A stretch of 50,737 nucleotides of DNA from Candidatus Woesearchaeota archaeon. GTDB lineage: Archaea; Nanobdellota; Nanobdellia; Pacearchaeales; GW2011-AR1. The stretch lies in contig CAYIRC010000001.1 of NCBI GenBank assembly GCA_964365855.1, positions 1 through 50,737 on the forward strand, in the 5' to 3' direction. Below are positions 43,916 to 50,737 of this stretch, piece by piece. The notes under the pieces are model-generated. The model saw only the letters and a list, made by a program, of their open reading frames with translations, was not told the DNA's origin and searched no databases. Numbering within the stretch: the first letter of the stretch is position 1; each line of letters starts with the position of its first letter. Made by a program: the position numbers and the translations under genes.

Positions 43916-46900
43916 CTATTTGAACCATTTGCCTAAAGCTTCTTGCTTTTCTTTCTCTTTTCCAAAAATGCTTTGTATATACATTTCAGTCAGTTCTAAG
44001 CTTTCTAATAAATACGGGCTGGCATGATATTTTCTCGCAAGATCTAGTGCGGGCTGCATATATTTCAAAACACTTCCTTCAGAAATTGTAAAAATTAATT
44101 TCCCACCGCACTTAGTGCATTTTCCAGTCAAAGGAGGTCGCCTATATTTGCTGTTGCATCCAACACATCGAAAGACTTGCATCGAGAATTTTCTTAAATT
44201 ACCCCTTGTGTCTCTGATAAAATGTCTCTCTATAATCAATCTTGAAACATCATCAGTATCAACCGCCCTTATTTTTTTACATAATTCCATCTGTGACTCA
44301 ACTTTATCGTGCATTGTTGGCAAAGTCTTATAGCTAGAGCATAGCGGCCCCCCGTTTATATTTTCAGTTTCATAGGCATATCCCAAGTCATAGAATTCTT
44401 TCTCTTTTCCAAGCCGGTTTCTAACCTGTTCCATCTTAACCTCATACGGGCTTTTCTCTTTTTCCGCAGCTTCATATAACTCTAAAGGAATTTTTTTTGA
44501 AACATCCACATCAAATATCATGTCATCAACCTCTCCAGCTCTTAAGCACGCATTTAAGACTAATGGAGCATCTTGTGTTCCTCCTCTATGTGAAGGCAGA
44601 AAACTTTTCGAAAAATTAAGCAGCATGTCCATTAACAGCATTGCTGCAGCCTCATCCCCATCACAATCACGCCTCATTGCTGCATGAATATAAGGCGAAG
44701 CAAGAAAAGCCTGAGTTTTAGAAAATCCAATTAATCTCCCAGTTACCGCAGCACAATTATGAGGAGCCATACATCCTAAAAATACTCCTATCAAATCCTC
44801 CTTTGTCTTTGCATTAAAATACCTTGGTAGCCCATATAATTTTTCAAGTTCATCATCAACAAACTGGCAGATTTTTAAAAATAAATCATCTGCTCTCTCA
44901 TCTTGGGAATTAGGGCAAGCAGGCAAAATTATATCATGTGGAAAAAGTTCTATAACCTGGTTATCATTTTCAATAGGATTTCCATTTAAATCCCATTCAT
45001 ATCCCAATTCCTTCAATTTTGAAATGCTTGTCCCAATTTCCTTAGCCTTAAAATGAGTTAAAGGCATTTCACTCATGTCATACCTTATTGTCCCATCTTT
45101 ATTTACATTTAAATTATGCTTTGCTCTCAATAAGCCCTTTGCTAAATTCTCGCAGCTGTGGTCTTTATTACTGGTCCCTCTTACGCCCTTTACTACAACA
45201 GGAATATCCTCTGTTCTCAAATTAGTTTGTTTCTTAGCAATGTCAAAATAATGTTTAATATCTATACGCTTCTTTTTGAATTCTAAACTCCTCTCATGTT
45301 GGGGGCATTTTCCAGTATAATTTTCATCGCAATCCGGGCAGTAATTCATTTTCTTGCATGTTGACTGGCAAATCTCACAGCTTGGATAAATTGTTTCGTG
45401 CTTGCATTTGTCGCAATAAAAAACAGCAAATTCAGCTTCAACCCTTCCATTGTCAATAGCTGCCTGAACACTTCTCAACCTTCCTCCTTCGTATCCAACA
45501 GGAAATAAAACATGCGGACTTCCAGTTAATTTTCTTAACTTGGCCTTTTCTGGTCTGCCCATTCTCGCGCCAATAAATGTCCCAGACTTATCCTTGATCT
45601 CTAAAGAGCATAACGATTTAATTATTTCAAGTATGGGCTTTCCAGTAGATTCTTTTAGCTTAATTATTAAATTCTCAATACTCTGTTCGAAATTTCCAGT
45701 ATAATCAATTCCTAAATTGAATAATAATGCCTTAGTGTCTTTTTCATTCAAAATAACATTTTCAATTGACACTTTATGCTCGCATCCAATTAGCTCTATG
45801 GCTCTTTTGCCCTTTGAGAATCTTGACTTGTCCAAATTAGTATAAGGCAAAACTAAAGTAGTTCTTATCTCGCCATGAGCAATCCAATCAACTAAAGCAT
45901 TCAAATCTTCATTGCTAATTTCTCTCCAATAATAAATATAACTCGGATGCAATGGTATTTTAAATTCTTGAGATAAGACAACAGCTTTCTCAAAATCTGG
46001 AAATAGCTCGCTCTGCCCTCCAGCCTTTAGAAGCTGTTCCATCCAATATTGTTCAACATACCCTGGCTTGTCAAGAGCATGATTCCTATTTAAATAATCC
46101 CCATACGGAACAAGTAAATCTCCTAAGTAAATTATTTCTTCAACATCTTTATAAATTTTTTTTGCTTCTTCAGGATTAAAAATCTGCTTTACATCGCCAT
46201 TCCTAAATTTCACAATGGGCCCGTCAATGCTTGAGCATACCGCAACAGTGCATCCTTTTGTAGGTTTTTCAATTTTTAACTGTGTTCCAATTGCTATAAA
46301 GTCATCGCAAATATGCATTGTAGCTGGATGTAATGCTAAAGCAGAATAGCCTGTATTTCTGCATCGCCCGTATCGTAGCCTAAATGCTCCGGAATAAGAG
46401 GGATGTCCAAAAACCGGCCTTCCTGCAACAAGGTCTTGAATATAAGTAGCACTTGCCCCGCTTCCAACAGTTTTATTTTCTTTTATCTTTTTTTGAAGAT
46501 TTACAAACTCTTCCATCCAGCTCCAGTCGCTTAGTTTAAATCCTTTTTCCCTTAATTTAATAATTCTTTTCAAAACCTTTGGAGCTTTTAGTGCAATTCC
46601 TTCATTTAAAGTCAAGCAAAATCCCGAGCGGATAAAATTAGTTGGAACTCGCTTTAAATCTTTAAAATTATAAACTTCTTTATCTTCACTCGGGTCGCCA
46701 GAAATCTGAACCGGAATGTTTCTCATTAAAAATTCAATCTCTTTCTCGCTTGGAAGGTACTGCAAGTTGCTGACTCTTTCATGATACATATAGGTTTCAT
46801 GAATCCCTCTTTTAACTTCATCTTCTGTAGGGTCATATCGTGCATATCCTAATATCTCTCTTAAATAATCCAAAATAACAACAGAAAATGCTGCCTCTGT

Positions 46901-47365
46901 TCCTCCGGCAGACCTTATTGGACCGGCATAATACGGGACAAAATACTCTTTCCCATCAGAAGTCTTCTCAAAATGTAACTCAACAAATCCCTCTATTGGT
47001 GAAGAAACAACTCCTAAAGTAAGATATGCAATTGCAATCCGTGCTCCTGCCTCAATCGCCTCTTTGTAGTCTTTAAATTTACAGAATTTCTCCTTAGCAA
47101 TTTCTTCAGCAATGCTCAAGGCAACAGCAGGGTCAAGTGAACCATATTGTTTTTCCAATTCTAAGATTCTGCTAACGATTCTCTTATCTGCTATTTGAGG
47201 ATATAATGTAGAAATTAATCCTGTCGCTCTTTCTGCAAGGGATAATGCAATTGGAATTTCTACTTCACTAATAGGATCTATGCCTTTGACTCGAGCTTTG
47301 TTTGCGAACTTATACATTTTTTTAACATCGCTTTCTATTTTTACAAAATACTCTTTAATATTCAT
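43916..47365 (-). CDS. polC: DNA polymerase II (family D) large subunit DP2
   Basis: 1149 aa. Characteristic Zn clusters CDKCKHETIYPSCEICQ...YCPDCDENYTGKCPQH and CVGCNSKYRRPPLTGKCTKCGG. MRRDCDGDE catalytic block. No intein. Confidence 0.9.
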   Translation of the reverse strand: MNIKEYFVKIESDVKKMYKFANKARVKGIDPISEVEIPIALSLAERATGLISTLYPQIADKRIVSRILELEKQYGSLDPAVALSIAEEIAKEKFCKFKDYKEAIEAGARIAIAYLTLGVVSSPIEGFVELHFEKTSDGKEYFVPYYAGPIRSAGGTEAAFSVVILDYLREILGYARYDPTEDEVKRGIHETYMYHERVSNLQYLPSEKEIEFLMRNIPVQISGDPSEDKEVYNFKDLKRVPTNFIRSGFCLTLNEGIALKAPKVLKRIIKLREKGFKLSDWSWMEEFVNLQKKIKENKTVGSGASATYIQDLVAGRPVFGHPSYSGAFRLRYGRCRNTGYSALALHPATMHICDDFIAIGTQLKIEKPTKGCTVAVCSSIDGPIVKFRNGDVKQIFNPEEAKKIYKDVEEIIYLGDLLVPYGDYLNRNHALDKPGYVEQYWMEQLLKAGGQSELFPDFEKAVVLSQEFKIPLHPSYIYYWREISNEDLNALVDWIAHGEIRTTLVLPYTNLDKSRFSKGKRAIELIGCEHKVSIENVILNEKDTKALLFNLGIDYTGNFEQSIENLIIKLKESTGKPILEIIKSLCSLEIKDKSGTFIGARMGRPEKAKLRKLTGSPHVLFPVGYEGGRLRSVQAAIDNGRVEAEFAVFYCDKCKHETIYPSCEICQSTCKKMNYCPDCDENYTGKCPQHERSLEFKKKRIDIKHYFDIAKKQTNLRTEDIPVVVKGVRGTSNKDHSCENLAKGLLRAKHNLNVNKDGTIRYDMSEMPLTHFKAKEIGTSISKLKELGYEWDLNGNPIENDNQVIELFPHDIILPACPNSQDERADDLFLKICQFVDDELEKLYGLPRYFNAKTKEDLIGVFLGCMAPHNCAAVTGRLIGFSKTQAFLASPYIHAAMRRDCDGDEAAAMLLMDMLLNFSKSFLPSHRGGTQDAPLVLNACLRAGEVDDMIFDVDVSKKIPLELYEAAEKEKSPYEVKMEQVRNRLGKEKEFYDLGYAYETENINGGPLCSSYKTLPTMHDKVESQMELCKKIRAVDTDDVSRLIIERHFIRDTRGNLRKFSMQVFRCVGCNSKYRRPPLTGKCTKCGGKLIFTISEGSVLKYMQPALDLARKYHASPYLLESLELTEMYIQSIFGKEKEKQEALGKWFK

Positions 47366-47366
47366 T

Positions 47367-48422
47367 TTAGTTTAGCAAAAGCATTGCAGCTTCAAATTTA
47401 GGTCTCACAATTTCTTTTGCAGAATCAGATAACTTTTCAAAAGAGTTAATCACCTTGTCTTTAACAGAACATAACGCCTCTTTTTTATCCTTTTTTTCAT
47501 AATGTGCTACAACCCAAATTAAGTTTCCAATATCATCAAAGTAGTTTATAGCATCTGCTTCTGCAATAATCTGTGCTTCGATTGATTTCCTTTCAATATA
47601 CTTGCTTCCTCTATGGGCAAAGATGCATTCTTTTACTCTCTCAATTTTTTCCTTCTCATAGCCCAATTCGTTTAGTTTCTTGTCAGCAACCTTGCTCCAG
47701 GTAATATGATGATTTTCTCTCCCATAAATTATTGAACCAATGTCATGAAGCCATGCAGCAAGTTCAACAATTTCAGCATTAGCATTTAATCTTTCAGCAA
47801 GTAACTTCGCATATTTGACAGTAGGAATAAAATGGCTTTCAAAGCATTCATAGCCATACTTGCTTTCAGGTTTTTTGCATTCATCTTCAACGTATTTTCT
47901 TATTTTTTCAGTTAGTAATTCATCTTTGTTAATTTTCTCGCCCCACTCCACTACCTTACTGCCTTTCAAAACCTTATCAAGCATTTCCAATTCTTCAAAA
48001 ATGCCGTCAATCATTTTATAATCCATGGCTTCTTCCAAATTTACCCAGGCATAATCGATAGACTCTTCACTTAACTTTACTTCTCCTCCAGCATAATCAC
48101 CATATAAGCTTATTACCACAACCGGAATTCCATCAGGCCTTATAAAAACCAAACTTGCTAAATATTTTATATTTCTTATTTTAATTCCAGTTTCTTCAAG
48201 TACCTCTCGTCTAACAATGTCTTCACAAATATTATACCACTGCCCAGCAGAAGTGTCTGCAGGCCTTTTAATATAATCTTCTTTCTCTAATTTGCCTCCT
48301 GGAACAGTCCATAAACTTGGAAAAGCTTTTTCATTTGCAGACCATTTTGTAATTAAAAATTTTCCATCTTTAATAACAATCCCTGTAACTGATACATAAT
48401 GTGCTTTGTTTTCATCCAGCAT
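47367..48422 (-). CDS. Nudix hydrolase - HD phosphohydrolase fusion protein
   Basis: Nudix box with an insertion (GGKLEKEDY...REVLEETGI). C-terminal HD domain (AAWLHDIGS ... FAHRG). Packed tightly between the DP1 and DP2 genes. Confidence 0.75.
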   Translation of the reverse strand: MLDENKAHYVSVTGIVIKDGKFLITKWSANEKAFPSLWTVPGGKLEKEDYIKRPADTSAGQWYNICEDIVRREVLEETGIKIRNIKYLASLVFIRPDGIPVVVISLYGDYAGGEVKLSEESIDYAWVNLEEAMDYKMIDGIFEELEMLDKVLKGSKVVEWGEKINKDELLTEKIRKYVEDECKKPESKYGYECFESHFIPTVKYAKLLAERLNANAEIVELAAWLHDIGSIIYGRENHHITWSKVADKKLNELGYEKEKIERVKECIFAHRGSKYIERKSIEAQIIAEADAINYFDDIGNLIWVVAHYEKKDKKEALCSVKDKVINSFEKLSDSAKEIVRPKFEAAMLLLN

Positions 48423-49968
48423 TTTTCACCTCACCTTCGTCTCCAAAGTCAAAAACCTTTAGTTCTCTTGTCTTAAGGTTTAAAACCGGAACTTTTGCAG
48501 GGTCTGGAAAATTGCCAGTTTTTTCCTCGAAATCAGTTTGTCCTTGCCAGCAGCTTCCAGTAATAATTAAAATCCCATTATAACTTTCTATATCAGACCT
48601 ATGAATTTCGCCTGTTGCAATAACATCAGGAACTTCTGAAATAATTAAAGGGTCCTTGTCCCTGTTGGGAATATAAACAACAGAAGAATGGGTTGGTGCA
48701 AGATGCCTCCTCTTCAGCATGTGCTTTACAGCCTTTGCAGGCGTTTTATGGGCTTTTAACTCTCTTAATTCTTTTATCTCATTTATGAAAGTATGCAGGC
48801 TGGCGCCGTGATATAGTAATACTTTGAATTCTTTATCGCCCTCAATTAACTTGACCATAGCAGGATTTGTAACAAGAGTTAAATTTTCAATTTCATAAAG
48901 TGCAGCAGCATATTCTCTGTCAATTATAGGTTGAGGTTCTGCAACTCTTGTTGCATCGTGCTGACCCGGGCACATAAAAATATTAATATTTTTTGGTATT
49001 CTTTTTAGATATGAAGCTAAAAGGCAATATTGCTCTTTCATGCTTTTCAGCTCTAAAAAGTTTTCTTGCCCTGGAAAAATTCCCACCCCATCCACATTAT
49101 CGCCTGTAAAAAAGATATATTTTATTTTCTTTGCAGTTTCATCATCGCTATTTATCCAGTCCAAAAACCTTTCAAAATTTTTTCCTAAATGCTTACAGCT
49201 TCCAGCATGCACATCAGATAAAAATGCAATTGCAACATCTTCATCAAACTTTACTTTATTATGTATAAATGCATCTGGAAAATAAATATCCTGCACAAAT
49301 AATATATCTCTATTTCCTGAAGCTTTTACGCCTACAACATCATCTAACTGCAACTCGCCAGCTTTCTCAAACACCTCTTCTTTATCAAATTTAACCAATG
49401 CACTAATTTCTCCAGTAAGATCCTCAAATTTGATTATCATATTTTTATTTTTAGTTACCCTTTTTTCACTTACTATGCCTATTATGCTCAAAGCCTGCCT
49501 GTCCCCTGAAATCTTGTTTATTGAAACAAGATTTTGAAGTTCGGGCCGGAACATTAATATCCTTTGCAACTGCTGGTATCTTGCTCTAAAATTATAAGTG
49601 AAATCAGAAACTTCTAATTTTTTTTCATTTTTTGTGTCTGCACAAAATATCTGGAAGTTTTGTTTCCTTAAAGTATTATCAACAACTCTTTCTTCCTTTC
49701 TTATCTCTAAACTAAGCCCAAGTTTTATTATAATATTTCCTACATAGGATTTGCTTTCATTCGGGAGGTTATTCACAATGCTTTTTACATATTCAAAATT
49801 TTTGTTAAGAACTGATTTTGTAATTAATTTTTGTCCAGAAAATCTTTCCAAATTAGTCAAAAAGTCTTTGGCTGTATTTATATCATTAAAACTATCTATT
49901 AAATCAAATATTTCTCTCTCAACTAAAAGCCCTCTTTCTTTGATGGTCTTCAAAATTTCTTGGTTCAT
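48412..49968 (-). CDS. polB: DNA polymerase II (family D) small subunit DP1 (Mre11-like phosphoesterase/exonuclease)
   Basis: FLSDVHAGS, FFTGDNVDG, PGQHDA, LLYHGAS, TGEIH calcineurin-like motifs. OB-like N-terminal part. The start overlaps the cdc6 stop. Confidence 0.9.
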   Translation of the reverse strand: MNQEILKTIKERGLLVEREIFDLIDSFNDINTAKDFLTNLERFSGQKLITKSVLNKNFEYVKSIVNNLPNESKSYVGNIIIKLGLSLEIRKEERVVDNTLRKQNFQIFCADTKNEKKLEVSDFTYNFRARYQQLQRILMFRPELQNLVSINKISGDRQALSIIGIVSEKRVTKNKNMIIKFEDLTGEISALVKFDKEEVFEKAGELQLDDVVGVKASGNRDILFVQDIYFPDAFIHNKVKFDEDVAIAFLSDVHAGSCKHLGKNFERFLDWINSDDETAKKIKYIFFTGDNVDGVGIFPGQENFLELKSMKEQYCLLASYLKRIPKNINIFMCPGQHDATRVAEPQPIIDREYAAALYEIENLTLVTNPAMVKLIEGDKEFKVLLYHGASLHTFINEIKELRELKAHKTPAKAVKHMLKRRHLAPTHSSVVYIPNRDKDPLIISEVPDVIATGEIHRSDIESYNGILIITGSCWQGQTDFEEKTGNFPDPAKVPVLNLKTRELKVFDFGDEGEVKNAG

Positions 49969-50737
49969 ATTTCAATTGATTTTTGCAAAATCTCTTTTGC
50001 CTTCTCCCGTATATTTTCAGAAAGCATTAATCTTATCTCTCGCGTTCTGCCTTGTCTTCCCTTGCTAATTACTCGGGCATTTATTATCCCTAACATATCA
50101 AATTCAGCTAAAATGTCAGAAACTCTTCTTTGTGTTAAGATTTCATTTTTCGTTCTTTCGCAGATTTCATTATATGCATTAAAAACATCGCCGGTAAATA
50201 TATGCCCATAGCCTTTTTTTTCATTTAAAGAAATTATAGCAGCCAAAACCAGCTGAAATTGTTTTGGTTCGCTCTCAATAATATCAAGCATTTTGTCTCT
50301 CTCTATTTTTTGATTTGCAAAGTCAATATGCCCCAAGCTTATTTTCTTGCTATTTTCTCTTTCAGCCAGCTCCCCCGCAACTCTCAACAAGTCTAACGCT
50401 CGTCGTGCGTCACCATGTTCTCTGGCGGCATAAGCAGCACATTTCGAAATAACCCCCTCTTCTAAAACACCATCTTTAAACGCTCTCTCGGCCCGCTCCT
50501 TTAATATATCTTGAAGTTGTAATGCATTATAAGGCGGAAAAACAAGCTCTTCCTCTCCTAAAGAACTTTTCACCCTTGGGTCAATATTATCCATAAAAGT
50601 TAAGCTATTGCTTATTCCTATTAAGCTAATCTGCGCGTTTTTTAATTCAGAATTCATCCTAGTAAGAGTATATATAAAATTATCTGAAATTTTCTTGACA
50701 GCCTGGTCTATTTCATCTAAAACAAGAATTATCATCT
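49965..50737 (-). CDS. cdc6: Orc1/Cdc6 replication initiator (N-terminus beyond the window edge)
   Basis: Walker B ILVLDEID, sensor ISLIGISN, GDARRALDLLR, C-terminal winged helix (GRQGRTREI). The frame is open to the window end. Confidence 0.85.
   Translation of the reverse strand, partial: MIILVLDEIDQAVKKISDNFIYTLTRMNSELKNAQISLIGISNSLTFMDNIDPRVKSSLGEEELVFPPYNALQLQDILKERAERAFKDGVLEEGVISKCAAYAAREHGDARRALDLLRVAGELAERENSKKISLGHIDFANQKIERDKMLDIIESEPKQFQLVLAAIISLNEKKGYGHIFTGDVFNAYNEICERTKNEILTQRRVSDILAEFDMLGIINARVISKGRQGRTREIRLMLSENIREKAKEILQKSIEI

Noticed and set aside
1-50737. Scanned for CRISPR arrays, rRNA/tRNA genes, transposases, integrases and reverse transcriptases.
   Set aside because: None were recognised by eye. 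There are no regularly spaced direct repeats with unique spacers, no GC-rich tRNA-like islands in the intergenic gaps, and no ORF with DDE, tyrosine-recombinase or RT motifs. Apart from the intein and the small repeats listed, no mobile element is supported.

Overview
Visibly AT-rich archaeal chromosome segment. The archaeal call rests on family-D DNA polymerase DP1/DP2, Orc1/Cdc6, Hef, an archaeal-type TyrRS, and TTTAAATA-like boxes about 21-22 nt upstream of several ATGs (leaderless-type promoters). Giant adhesin-like proteins, a dockerin and a thin housekeeping set fit a DPANN-like episymbiont, but that is inference. Layout: (i) 656-15914 is one minus-strand block: BatA-like VWA protein, DUF58 protein, a MoxR AAA+ ATPase split by a 538-aa LAGLIDADG intein, a 1239-aa cadherin-like-repeat surface protein, and a roughly 2340-codon beta-helix adhesin frame broken by one in-frame TGA. 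(ii) 16061-17834 holds a dockerin-bearing secreted protein and a decayed surface-protein gene. (iii) 18126-28987 is a type IV pilus (Tad/Epd-like) locus. It has ten consecutive genes with class-III (prepilin-like) signal peptides, two of them 41- and 51-codon ORFs absent from the supplied track, plus a PilC/TadC/FlaJ-like platform protein and a PilB/FlaI-like ATPase. No prepilin peptidase is visible. (iv) 29084-43914 is mostly housekeeping: pyrD, PRC-barrel protein, degenerate M50 homologue, Hef split into helicase and nuclease genes bridged by a 41-codon ORF, ThpR, M16 peptidase, DRG GTPase, tyrS, HAD hydrolase, frameshifted TctA-like gene, ATP-grasp protein. (v) 43916-50737 is a replication operon: Orc1/Cdc6 (partial), DP1, a Nudix-HD fusion, DP2. 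Non-coding structure not explained by genes: a GTCAAG-N3-CTTGAC palindrome at fixed spacing upstream of TATA boxes; a 35-bp near-perfect inverted repeat pair bracketing the PRC-barrel gene; a 73-nt structured repeat in two copies with a compensatory change; and a cluster of four hairpins at 17901-18080 with a partial copy upstream of pyrD. No rRNA, tRNA or CRISPR array was seen. The best candidate for something new is the pilus locus together with the adjacent giant-adhesin/MoxR block, read as a cell-cell attachment apparatus. All family assignments come from motifs read by eye and need HMM or structure confirmation.
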